Positions 9,969-19,174 of a stretch of 38,142 bases of DNA are shown here, in pieces (position 1 is the first letter of the stretch; the number at the start of each line of letters is the position of its first letter). The position numbers and the translations under genes were made by a program. The notes beneath the pieces are model-generated. The model was not told where the DNA came from. It saw only the letters and a program-made list of their open reading frames with translations, and searched no databases. Origin of the DNA: Myxococcota bacterium (GTDB taxonomy: Bacteria > Myxococcota_A > UBA796 > GCA-2862545); assembly GCA_039208735.1 (NCBI GenBank), contig JBCCQY010000082.1, positions 1 to 38,142 on the forward strand. The letters are read 5' to 3'.

Positions 9969-10694
9969 CTACGAAGCAGAATCCGCACTATTTCGAAGTG
10001 TGGGTTTGTGTCCGATCAAGAGCCGGAGGGATGGCGCCTCGGGATGACCGAGCGGCTGGACGTAAGGGTCAAGCCCGGCCTCCACCATGCGACCCACCGC
10101 GACCGGCAGGTCGAAGTGTAGGTAGTACATGATGAATGGTGGAGAGACCAACGCGTTGCGTACGCGCATCACCGCGTTGAACCCTCGGAGAATCCAGTAG
10201 TCCCTTCGCCAAGGCGGCGGGCGTTCGCTCGTGATGGTCACGAATCGTCCGCCCGGCCTAAGAATGCGTGCGACCTCGGCGAACAGCGTCGGCTGATCGA
10301 TAGGCTCGAAGTGACCCATGGCGCCAAACGAGGTGACGAGGTCAAAGCGTTCGCCAAACGGCAGTGCGAGCGCGTCCCCCCGTACGAAGTGCACGGGCTG
10401 ACCCGCAAGACGCTCGCGACCCGTGGCGATCATGCCCGGTGAGAAATCGATGCCGATCGCCACCTCCGCGATCGCATCGAGCGCCCCAAGGCCTGCACCG
10501 GTGCCACAACACAGATCCAGGGCCATGCCGATGGGACGGTCTGAAATGCGTTCCACCACTCGCCCAATGACATCGTCAGGGGTTCGGAACGGAGTGCGAT
10601 CGAATTTCGGCGCGAGAAGGTCATAGCCTCCGCGTGTCGAAGAAAGCGCCTGCTGAAGAAGCTCGGCAAAGGAAGGTCCGCCGGGGCCGTACAT
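9969..10694 (-). CDS. Class I SAM-dependent methyltransferase
   Basis: Motifs LDLCCGTG, GIDFSPGM, GDALALPF, FDLV, ILRPGGRF. Confidence 0.9.
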   Translation of the reverse strand: MYGPGGPSFAELLQQALSSTRGGYDLLAPKFDRTPFRTPDDVIGRVVERISDRPIGMALDLCCGTGAGLGALDAIAEVAIGIDFSPGMIATGRERLAGQPVHFVRGDALALPFGERFDLVTSFGAMGHFEPIDQPTLFAEVARILRPGGRFVTITSERPPPWRRDYWILRGFNAVMRVRNALVSPPFIMYYLHFDLPVAVGRMVEAGLDPYVQPLGHPEAPSLRLLIGHKPTLRNSADSAS

Positions 10695-10745
10695 GAGGGT
10701 GGGTTATCCCCCGACCGTCACGTCGCCACCACACGGAGTCTGCGA

Positions 10746-11693
10746 ATGCTGACCCTCGTCGTCCATACGTTCGCCGCCTGGTTCGCCTGTACCGACTCGG
10801 TCGACATCCTGACCACCTGCGCGGGGGGCAACGTCAAGGCCTGCTACAGCGATGGCATCGCCAAGGTCAGCCTGTCCAGACCGATGTTCTCGGACGCACG
10901 CAAAGACTTCGCGCAGGCCTGCATGCCGACCTACACCAAGTCGGCCCGACCTAAAGACAACCATCCTGGAGCCTGCCACGAACTCGGCAAGCTCGTACGC
11001 GACGCCAAGGGGGGCCCGCAAGACCTTCCGCGCGCAGTCGAGATGTTCCAACTGGCCTGCCGAGCGGGGGTCCAGGAGTCCTGCATCGACCTCGGGATGC
11101 TCGTCTACGATCCCAAGGCCGACGCGGGCATTCGTTCGGAGCCCGCCCGCGCCGTGGAATTCTTCTTCAACGCCTGCAACCTGGTGACGCTGACCGCCCT
11201 CCCTGAAGATGGCAGTCCCGATCCCAATGCCCGCGCCTGTTTGGCGCTTGGCAACGCCTACCGTGACGGTCGAGGCGTCGAGAACAACCGCCCTGACATG
11301 GCCCGAGCCCGCCAGATGTACGAGAAGGGGTGTGAAGCCCGATTCGCGCCGGCCTGCGCCGCCGCGGGCGACATTTTGGCCAGGTCTTCGTCCACGTTGG
11401 TGAAGGCCACCGAGCTGTACCAACAGAGCTGCAAGCTCGACGCCCGCCATGGCTGCTTCCAACTCGCAAAGCTTCATGAGAAGCGAAAGTTCCCGGGCTC
11501 CGACATCAAGCTCGCCGTCGACTACTACCGAAAAACCTGCAACATCGACCCGACACGAGGATGCTACGAAGCCGCGGTGCTGCTCGAGCAGCGCGAAGTG
11601 ATCCCCCGGGAAGGCGAGGTCGAATCGCTGTACAACCTCGCTTGTGAGTACGGGCATACGATGGCGTGCAGCAAACGGAGTCCCGGCCGATGA
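10746..11693 (+). CDS. Sel1-like (Cys-bridged, Hcp-type) repeat protein, probable lipoprotein
   Basis: Repeated ACxxLG...D..RA...F..AC units; N-terminal hydrophobic segment ending in WFAC. Confidence 0.85.
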   Translation: MLTLVVHTFAAWFACTDSVDILTTCAGGNVKACYSDGIAKVSLSRPMFSDARKDFAQACMPTYTKSARPKDNHPGACHELGKLVRDAKGGPQDLPRAVEMFQLACRAGVQESCIDLGMLVYDPKADAGIRSEPARAVEFFFNACNLVTLTALPEDGSPDPNARACLALGNAYRDGRGVENNRPDMARARQMYEKGCEARFAPACAAAGDILARSSSTLVKATELYQQSCKLDARHGCFQLAKLHEKRKFPGSDIKLAVDYYRKTCNIDPTRGCYEAAVLLEQREVIPREGEVESLYNLACEYGHTMACSKRSPGR

Positions 11694-13129
11694 ACCCCGA
11701 AATGTCCCGCTGGCGGTCCCCGCTCGTCGAGCGCTACGCCAGCTCCGAGATGGCGTTCCTGTTTTCGGACGAGCACAAGTTCAAGACTTGGCGAAGGCTA
11801 TGGATTGCGCTCGCCGAAACCGAGGCCGCCCTCGGACTCGACATTTCGAACGCCCAACTCGATGCGTTGCGGCGAACCAAGGACGACCTCGATCCGGTCG
11901 CCGCCCGTGAGCACGAACGGCTCCTTCGCCACGACGTGATGGCCCAGGTTCACACCTGGCGGGACCAAGTCCCTGAAGCGGGCGGCATCATTCACCTGGG
12001 CGCTACGAGCTGCTTCGTCGGCGACAACACCGACCTCATCGTCCTGCGCGAGGCCCTCGAGCTGCTTTTGCCCAAGGTCGCCTCGGTGGTCGACCACCTC
12101 GCGAACTTTGCACGGACCTATGCAGACTTGCCCACCTTGGGCTTCACTCACTTCCAGCCGGCTCAGCTCACAACGGTGGGCAAGCGAGCCACCCTTTGGA
12201 TCCAGGAACTCTTGCTCGATCTGGTCGCGCTGCAGCGGGCCTGCGACGACCTGCGGTTCCGGGGAGCGAAGGGCACGACGGGTACGCAAGCGAGCTTTTT
12301 AGCGTTGTTCGACGGTGACCATGACAAGGTCGAAGCGCTCGACCAGCGGCTCGCCGAAGCGTTCGGGTTCAACCAGAGCTACGCCGTTACCGGACAGACC
12401 TACTCCCGTAAGGTCGATCTGCAGGTCGTTCAGGCGCTGGCGTCGTTCTCGTCCACCGCCCATCGCATCGCTTCCGACATCCGCTTGCTCGCGCATCTCA
12501 AGGAAGTCGAAGAGCCCTTCGGCAAGGCCCAGATCGGTTCATCCGCGATGGCGTACAAACGCAACCCCATGCGGTCGGAGCGGATCTGTGCCCTGGCCCG
12601 CCACGGCATGACCCTGTCCATGAATGCGGCTCAGACAGCGTCGCAGCAGTGGTTTGAACGGACGCTCGACGACTCTGCCAACCGTCGCATCACGCTCGCC
12701 GAAGGGTTTCTGTGCGCCGACGGCATCGTCGAAGCGCTGGCCAACGTTGCGTCGGGGCTGGTGGTGTACCCCGAAGTGATCGGCCGCCGCATTCGGTCCG
12801 AACTGCCCTTCATCGCCACCGAAAACGTGATGATGGCCATGGTGCAGTCGGGCCACGACCGTCAGGACGTCCACGAGTGGATTCGCGTCCACAGCCAGGC
12901 AGCCGCGGCTGAGGTCAAACTGCACGGTCGCGACAATGATCTGCTCGCTCGTCTCGCCAACGATGAACGCTTCCAGCCCATTCATGACCGGCTCGACGCC
13001 ATCGTAGATGCTCGCCAATACATCGGTCGGGCCCCAGAACAAACCCGAGCGTTCCTCGACGGCGAGGTGGCCGCAGCCCTCGCCCCGTACCGAGACCGCC
13101 TCCCCAAAACGTCTGACCTTCGCGTATGA
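11690..13129 (+). CDS. purB: Adenylosuccinate lyase
   Basis: Motifs [29 protein letters not shown] and fumarate-lyase signature [19 protein letters not shown] overlap with the upstream gene. Confidence 0.97.
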   Translation: MNPEMSRWRSPLVERYASSEMAFLFSDEHKFKTWRRLWIALAETEAALGLDISNAQLDALRRTKDDLDPVAAREHERLLRHDVMAQVHTWRDQVPEAGGIIHLGATSCFVGDNTDLIVLREALELLLPKVASVVDHLANFARTYADLPTLGFTHFQPAQLTTVGKRATLWIQELLLDLVALQRACDDLRFRGAKGTTGTQASFLALFDGDHDKVEALDQRLAEAFGFNQSYAVTGQTYSRKVDLQVVQALASFSSTAHRIASDIRLLAHLKEVEEPFGKAQIGSSAMAYKRNPMRSERICALARHGMTLSMNAAQTASQQWFERTLDDSANRRITLAEGFLCADGIVEALANVASGLVVYPEVIGRRIRSELPFIATENVMMAMVQSGHDRQDVHEWIRVHSQAAAAEVKLHGRDNDLLARLANDERFQPIHDRLDAIVDARQYIGRAPEQTRAFLDGEVAAALAPYRDRLPKTSDLRV

Positions 13130-13713
13130 AGACGTTCCACGCTTGGATTTTCGATCTGGACGGCACGCTGACCGTCCCGATGCACGATTTTGCGGCGCTC
13201 AAACGTGAACTGGGGTTGCCGGCTGACCTCGACGTCCTCGCAGGCATCGCCAGCCGAGCCCCCGAAGAGCAAGCGCCCCTCCGAGAAGCGGTGCGGATCT
13301 GGGAACTCGCGCACTTGGACCGTGCGGAAGCCGGAACGGGGGCTCGCGAGTTGCTCACCCGCCTCCGTGAAGCTCGGATTCCTATGGGCATCGTGACCCG
13401 CAATACCCATGAGGGTGCCCGCGGGACCCTCAAGCAGATCGGCCTCTCCGAACTCTTCGACGATGCGGTCATTTACGGCCGCGAGGATGCCAAGCCCAAA
13501 CCCGCCCCCGACGCAGTGCTCGCCTTGCTTGAGCGGTTCTCGGTGGCCGCCGACCAGGCCGTGATGATCGGCGATGACATCCACGACCTGCAGGCCGCGC
13601 GGGCAGCAGGTGTCACGCCCGTGTGGATCGACCCCGTCGGCGAGGGCCCATACGCAGCCCATGCCGACCTCGTCATTACCAGTCTCGAACAAGTGTTCGA
13701 CTGGCTTCCTTGA
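13126..13713 (+). CDS. HAD-superfamily hydrolase
   Basis: Motifs [26 protein letters not shown]. Confidence 0.93.
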   Translation: MKTFHAWIFDLDGTLTVPMHDFAALKRELGLPADLDVLAGIASRAPEEQAPLREAVRIWELAHLDRAEAGTGARELLTRLREARIPMGIVTRNTHEGARGTLKQIGLSELFDDAVIYGREDAKPKPAPDAVLALLERFSVAADQAVMIGDDIHDLQAARAAGVTPVWIDPVGEGPYAAHADLVITSLEQVFDWLP

Positions 13714-13723
13714 TGCGTCGGCG

Positions 13724-15094
13724 CTACCGCCCCAACTCAAACCGCAACGCGTTGTCCAGTTCGGGATGCAAGAACCGGTAGCCAAGCGCCTGAGCCTTCG
13801 CCGGCACCACACGCTGGCCTTGCAACACGAGTTCCAAGCCCCGTTGCCGACCCAAGGCAAGCTTGATCGCAAATCCGGGAGCAGGGGCAAACGCAGGTCG
13901 TCCGAGAACGCGCCCCATCGCCCGGGCGAAGTCGAACTGGCGTACCGTTCGCGGCGCTACGAGGTTCAAAGGCCCTTCGTAGCGGTCATCGAACAGGGCC
14001 TCGTGCATCAGTCCAAGATGGTCGTCAAGGTGAATCCAGGGCACCCATTGCTGCCCGCCTCCGACGGGCCCCCCCAATCCGAACTGAAACAACGGCAGCT
14101 GGGCCTTGAGGTAGCCGCCCAGGCCCGACAGCACGAACCCCGTACGCAGCAGGACGGTGCGAATGCCCGCATCGCGAGCTGGCGAGGTAGCCGCCTCCCA
14201 TTCGGCCCCCACCGACGCCAAGAACGTGTCGCCGGTCGGTCCCGCCTCGTCGACCTCGGTATCGCCGGTGTCGCCGTACAGGCCCACCGCTGACGCCGAG
14301 AGAAACACCTTGGGAGGCCGCTTCAACTCGCCCATCACGCGAGCGAGCACCGCCGTCGGGTGCACCCGGCTGTGCCGAATGACCTGCTTGCGCGCATCCG
14401 TCCAAGACTCATCCGCAATGGGTGCACCTTGCAGATGCACCACCGCGTCGAATCCTTCAAGCCATTCGCGATCGATGGCTTCCGGGTCATCCAGTGGGAT
14501 GTGGCGCCCCCGGGCATTGGAGCTGCGCACCAGGGGCACCACTTCGTGCCCTCCCGCGTCCAGAAAGGCGGTCAGTTGAGACCCGATAAGCCCCGACGCG
14601 CCCGAGATGAGCACTCGAAGCCGAGGACGGTCGCGGTAGCGGGCATGCCGCGCCAGGTCGTCGGCCGTGCGGCGATGACGAAACGGAAACACCCGATCTA
14701 ACCTGGACTGCACACCACCAATGGCCGCACCGAGGGCCCCGAAGGGCGCCCGCCACTCGATGCAGTCCTCAAGCAACGCCTCACCAGGGTCCGCCTCGGT
14801 AAACAGGTGCTGATGCCGCCAGTAGGCAAAGGGGCCCGACCGTTGTTCGTCGACGAACCGGCGTCCCGGCTCGTGCTCGGTGTGCACTGCGCGCCAGGTG
14901 AGCGGGATGGGCCCAACATGGGCTTGTAACTCCAGTTCTACCCCCGTTTCTACGCCACTGCCGGTACGGCTCATGACACGGATGGGATCCCAAGGTGGGT
15001 TGAGGCGTTCGAAAGCACCGGGCCGCGCATGCCAAGCGTACAGCTCGCTCGCGGTGGTGTTGGGGATTGGCGTCCGCAGACGGTAGGTCGGCAT
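13724..15094 (-). CDS. SRPBCC domain fused to a TIGR01777/YfcH-type epimerase-like oxidoreductase
   Basis: N-terminal WHARPGAFERL..FVDEQRSGPFAYWRHQH; then GASGLIGS, SASAVGLYG, GGGQQWVPWIHLDD. Confidence 0.9.
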   Translation of the reverse strand: MPTYRLRTPIPNTTASELYAWHARPGAFERLNPPWDPIRVMSRTGSGVETGVELELQAHVGPIPLTWRAVHTEHEPGRRFVDEQRSGPFAYWRHQHLFTEADPGEALLEDCIEWRAPFGALGAAIGGVQSRLDRVFPFRHRRTADDLARHARYRDRPRLRVLISGASGLIGSQLTAFLDAGGHEVVPLVRSSNARGRHIPLDDPEAIDREWLEGFDAVVHLQGAPIADESWTDARKQVIRHSRVHPTAVLARVMGELKRPPKVFLSASAVGLYGDTGDTEVDEAGPTGDTFLASVGAEWEAATSPARDAGIRTVLLRTGFVLSGLGGYLKAQLPLFQFGLGGPVGGGQQWVPWIHLDDHLGLMHEALFDDRYEGPLNLVAPRTVRQFDFARAMGRVLGRPAFAPAPGFAIKLALGRQRGLELVLQGQRVVPAKAQALGYRFLHPELDNALRFELGR

Positions 15095-15135
15095 GGCGGG
15101 TACGTAATCACCGTTGACCCCCGCTGGAGCCGCCG

Positions 15136-15741
15136 ATGGACGCGACTTGGACCGACGCGACCAACCCTTGGACCCTCTTCGACGCCTGGTACACCGACGC
15201 CCAGGCGAGTGAGCCCGACGTACCCAATGCCATGCAGCTCGCCACGGTGGACGCTTCGGGACAGCCCACCATCCGCACCGTACTGCTCAAAGGGACCTCA
15301 GAGGCTGGTTTACGGTTCTTCACGAACCTCGAGAGTCGCAAAGGCCTCGACCTGGCTGCCAATCCTCGAGCCGCCCTCGTGTTTCACTGGAAGACGAGCA
15401 AGCGCCAGGTCCGGGCTCGGGGCCCGGTCGAACGCCTGCCCAGCGACGAAGCCGATGTATACTGGGCAAGCCGTCCTCGCGGGTCCCAAATCGCAGCCTG
15501 GGCGTCCGCGCAGTCACGACCGTTACCCCACCGCGAGGCGTACGATCAGTCGATTGCCGAAGTCACGGCCCGGTTCGACGCGCAACCCGTTCCCAGGCCT
15601 CCGTTTTGGTCAGGCTACCGCCTGATCCCTGAAGCGCTCGAATTCTGGGAGGATGGCGCGTTTCGGATGCACACTCGACTCTGCTTCACCCGTGCCGATC
15701 TCTCCAGCCCATCCTGGAGCAAAAACCTTCTTTACCCATGA
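15136..15741 (+). CDS. pdxH: Pyridoxamine 5'-phosphate oxidase
   Basis: Motifs NAMQLAT, RTVLLK, FFTNLESRKG, RPRGSQI, WSGYR, EFW..G..RMH.R. Confidence 0.96.
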   Translation: MDATWTDATNPWTLFDAWYTDAQASEPDVPNAMQLATVDASGQPTIRTVLLKGTSEAGLRFFTNLESRKGLDLAANPRAALVFHWKTSKRQVRARGPVERLPSDEADVYWASRPRGSQIAAWASAQSRPLPHREAYDQSIAEVTARFDAQPVPRPPFWSGYRLIPEALEFWEDGAFRMHTRLCFTRADLSSPSWSKNLLYP

Positions 15742-15829
15742 GTCAACGGCCAACTGGTGTAACCGCGGTAGACTGAATTGGACACCGAGGTGCGCCGATG
15801 GAAACGGGGATTGTCGCCTGGAGCAAACG

Positions 15830-17230
15830 ATGGCCCCCCCTTCGGAGATGCCCCTTCGTGTTCTGCTTCTCGACGACCGACCGGCCGAACGTCAGGCCTG
15901 TCAGGAGCAACTGCGCGACCTTGGACACCTCGTCGTCGTTCCTTCGGAGGGGCAACGTCCAAGTCTGGCCGAACACGCCGCCGATGTGGCGTTGCTGCAC
16001 CTAGGATACCGTGGAGCAGAGGGCCTCGACGCGCTGAACCCGTTGCGAGAGGGCGCCCCGATGGTGCCCATCGTGGCCACCGGATCCTCTCCGTGGCCCG
16101 ACTTTGACCTCGCCGTCATCGAGGCGGGAGCCGAGGACTTTCTCCCGGAGCCTCTCGATGCCCATCGGCTGGGCGTCGCCTTGCGCCTTGCGGCCATTCG
16201 TTTCCGCAACCGCACCCCGGCTCCCGTCGAAACGGCACCGCCCGCACGCGGCCGCCTGCATCCGCTTTGGAAACTCGAGCCGGGCACGCATCTCGATCGC
16301 TACGAAGTCGAGCGCATCATTGGACGCGGAGGAATGGCGGTCGTCTACCGGGTACGGCATCGCAAGCTCGGCTCCGTCCACGCGTTGAAAGTCGTGTTGC
16401 CAGACGCCCAGTGCCAACGGCTGATCGTGGAAGGTCAGGCGCAAGCAAGGCTTCGGCATCCCAACCTCGTCCGTGCCACCGACATCCTCGAACTCGGCGA
16501 CGGAGTCGGACTCGTCATGGAGTACGTCGAGGGGCCCACGCTTAGCGACTGGATGGCGAGCGCAACCGCCCCGGCTCGCCAATGGCTGCGCCTGTTTCGC
16601 GGCATCGTTCGCGGCCTACGTCATGCCCACGGCCTAGGCCTTGTGCATCGCGACCTCAAACCCGCCAACGTGCTCCTCCTCGAAACCGACGAGGGGTATG
16701 TGCCCAAGGTGGCAGACTTCGGCATTGCTCGCCTCATGCCGCAAGTCGGGCTTCCGCCCTTGACCGGGGAGCGAACCGGAGGCATCGGAACGGTAGGCTT
16801 CGTCGCCCCTGAACAGTACGCAGATCCCGAAAGTGTCGACCAGCGCGCCGACCTGTTTTCGCTTGGCTGCGTGCTGTACCCCTTGGCCTGCGGCACCCCC
16901 GCATTCCCGGGCCGCGACCCGGCCACGGTGCTCGACGCCATGATGCGTGGCGACTACACCCCGCCCACCCACGTCGTCCCAGAACTAGGGCCCACGTTCG
17001 AGGCCATCATCCACGCACTGCTCCAAGTCGACCCCGAGCACCGCATCAAGGATTGCCAGAGTCTGCTCGAGCAACTCGACGGACTGGACGAAGCCCGGCT
17101 CCCACATCGGCGACCGGGGCTTTCGAATCCCTCGGCCGCATCGACGCTCGACCGGCTTGCCCTCGACGCCCACAGCTCCGCATGGACGACCGGATGGCAG
17201 CCGAAGGTCCCCGAAGGGCCCACGCGCTGA
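15830..17230 (+). CDS. Receiver-like domain fused to a Ser/Thr protein kinase
   Basis: GGAG RBS; REC fold (VLLLDD...AGAEDFL); kinase motifs GRGGMAVV, ALK, HRDLKPAN, DFG, APE. Confidence 0.9.
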   Translation: MAPPSEMPLRVLLLDDRPAERQACQEQLRDLGHLVVVPSEGQRPSLAEHAADVALLHLGYRGAEGLDALNPLREGAPMVPIVATGSSPWPDFDLAVIEAGAEDFLPEPLDAHRLGVALRLAAIRFRNRTPAPVETAPPARGRLHPLWKLEPGTHLDRYEVERIIGRGGMAVVYRVRHRKLGSVHALKVVLPDAQCQRLIVEGQAQARLRHPNLVRATDILELGDGVGLVMEYVEGPTLSDWMASATAPARQWLRLFRGIVRGLRHAHGLGLVHRDLKPANVLLLETDEGYVPKVADFGIARLMPQVGLPPLTGERTGGIGTVGFVAPEQYADPESVDQRADLFSLGCVLYPLACGTPAFPGRDPATVLDAMMRGDYTPPTHVVPELGPTFEAIIHALLQVDPEHRIKDCQSLLEQLDGLDEARLPHRRPGLSNPSAASTLDRLALDAHSSAWTTGWQPKVPEGPTR

Positions 17231-17244
17231 GGTACGATGCGACC

Positions 17245-18216
17245 ATGCCTCCACAGTACGAGATTCGATTGCCGCATGGGGAACACGCCGTTCCCCTGTC
17301 GGACGCACCGCGCACCATCGGCCGGGGCCCCGCAAACGACGTAGTCCTGACCGATGACACCGTGTCTTGGCACCATGCACAGGTCTGGCTCGAAGGCGGA
17401 GACCCGTGGCTACGCGACCTAGGCTCCCGAAACGGCACCTGGCGAAATGACCAACGCGTCACAGGTTCCACGCAGCTTGCGATAGGGGACCGCATTCGCA
17501 TCGGGACGACGGTCGAAGTTGTGCTTTCGGGTCCGGACGATCCGAGAGAGGGGCTCCACAAGGCGTTGCATGTCGAGGACGTGACGTCGGGGGTTCGACT
17601 GCTCGTGCGCGAGAATCGATTCCACATCGGGGGTCGCGAAGATGCCGATTTGCGCATCGAAGGGTGGCCCGATCGAGCCGCCACCATCCTCGTGCATCCC
17701 AACGGGGAGCTGTGGGTCGGCGGCCAGTCCGACGATGGGGAGCGTTGGGAGAAGCAAGTCGAACCTGGTGAAGTGCTCGAGATCCGAGGCCGGACCATCC
17801 GCATCGTCGAGGCCGAAGGCGAACATGCGCCAACCGTCGATCAGGCCGCGTTGGCCTATCCGTACGGGCTGACCGCCACGGCCAACGGGGCCGGCGGGCC
17901 TCAGGTGGTGGTGGAGGATCCCGTGAGCGGTCAGACCTGCCTTGTGACGGGCAACCGGGGGGTGTTGCTCTTTGTGCTCGCCCGTCGCCTCGCCAAGGAC
18001 CGCGAAGCGAGCAAAGCTCCGGCTGAAGAAGGTTGGTGCACCACTCAGGAGGTGCTCACCGGGGTCTGGGGACGGGGCCAGAAGGAAGCCAATCACCTCA
18101 ATGTCCTGGTGCATCGCCTGCGCGGGCAACTAGAAGATCAGGGCTTCGACCCCTGGTTTGTTGAGAAGCGCCGCGGTGGCATCCGCGTCCGTTGTGCCGA
18201 GGTCACCGTGCAATGA
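17245..18216 (+). CDS. FHA-domain protein with a C-terminal OmpR/PhoB-type winged helix
   Basis: FHA motifs IGR, VSWHHA, GSRNGT; C-terminal VWG...NHLNVLVHRLRGQL...RRGGIR. Confidence 0.85.
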   Translation: MPPQYEIRLPHGEHAVPLSDAPRTIGRGPANDVVLTDDTVSWHHAQVWLEGGDPWLRDLGSRNGTWRNDQRVTGSTQLAIGDRIRIGTTVEVVLSGPDDPREGLHKALHVEDVTSGVRLLVRENRFHIGGREDADLRIEGWPDRAATILVHPNGELWVGGQSDDGERWEKQVEPGEVLEIRGRTIRIVEAEGEHAPTVDQAALAYPYGLTATANGAGGPQVVVEDPVSGQTCLVTGNRGVLLFVLARRLAKDREASKAPAEEGWCTTQEVLTGVWGRGQKEANHLNVLVHRLRGQLEDQGFDPWFVEKRRGGIRVRCAEVTVQ

Positions 18217-19091
18217 GTGCACGGCCTGGACGCGTCGTGGCGACGCGGGGCCGGCGGGTGGTGGTGGCCGACGACGAAGGCGAGCGAACCTGCTTCTTAG
18301 CGGGACGTCGTGCGGTGGTCGGCGACCGCGTCCACTGGGTTGAAGCCCGGGGTGAGGGCGGCAAGCTCGTGAGCGTTGGCCCCCGCGAGACCGCTCTGGT
18401 GCGCGCGGATGCCCGAGGTCGCGAGCAGGTGCTTGCCGCCAACCTCACGGGCATCGCCATCATCACCGCCCCCAAGCAGCCCCCGTTCCGAGCGGGACTC
18501 CTCGATCGCTATGTCGTCGCCGCGGCCATCGGTGGGCTGACGAGTTGCGTCGTTCTGAACAAGGTGGACCAAGGCGTCTCCGACGAGGTCGAACGAGCAC
18601 TTCGGGTTCGTGAGGCAGCCGGAGTGGTCGTGTTGCGCACGTCCGTGCCCGATGCGCATGGCATCGACGCCCTCGCCGAGCAATTGCAGGACGGGACCTA
18701 CGCCCTCGTCGGACACAGCGGGGTGGGCAAGACCTCCCTCGCCCAGGCCCTGCTGCCGCAGGTCGACGTCGGAGAGATCGGTGATCTTTCCGAGCATTGG
18801 GGCACTGGACAGCACACGACGACGTCGAGCCGCATCTTTTCGTTGCCCAACGGCGGAGAACTCGTGGATTCTCCTGGAATTCGGACCTTCGCGCCCGGCC
18901 GGTTGAGCGCCAGCGACGTTCGCCAATACTTCCCGATGATGCAGGGGCTCGCCTGCAAGTTCCGTGACTGTCTTCACCGCGAAGGCGAACAGGGCTGTGT
19001 AGCGCCTGACGAGATTGATCCTGATCTTTTGGCATCTTACCGTCGTCTGCTTCACGAGATCATCGCGCTCGACGATCTTCGGGCGCCGTAG
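18213..19091 (+). CDS. rsgA: Ribosome small subunit-dependent GTPase A
   Basis: Circularly permuted G motifs NKVD, GHSGVGKT, HTTT, DSPG; zinc finger CKFRDCLH...GC. Confidence 0.93.
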   Translation: MSARPGRVVATRGRRVVVADDEGERTCFLAGRRAVVGDRVHWVEARGEGGKLVSVGPRETALVRADARGREQVLAANLTGIAIITAPKQPPFRAGLLDRYVVAAAIGGLTSCVVLNKVDQGVSDEVERALRVREAAGVVVLRTSVPDAHGIDALAEQLQDGTYALVGHSGVGKTSLAQALLPQVDVGEIGDLSEHWGTGQHTTTSSRIFSLPNGGELVDSPGIRTFAPGRLSASDVRQYFPMMQGLACKFRDCLHREGEQGCVAPDEIDPDLLASYRRLLHEIIALDDLRAP

Positions 19092-19140
19092 CCACGCTAG
19101 TTCCGCATCCTGTCCCAGAAAGCGTTACCCGAGGGACGGC

Positions 19141-19161
19141 TGAAAATGATTATCGTTTTCA
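19141..19161 (+). promoter_or_regulatory. Fur box
   Basis: TGAAAATGATTATCGTTTTCA is near-palindromic. The core at 19142-19160 matches GATAATGATAATCATTATC at 15/19 positions. It is an AT-rich island immediately before the AGGAG RBS of a TonB-dependent receptor gene. Confidence 0.85.
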
Positions 19162-19174
19162 ATAGGAGCTGGGT

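Noticed and set aside
10704..11657. 317-aa minus-strand ORF
   Set aside because: Antisense shadow of the Sel1-repeat gene, typical of high-GC DNA.
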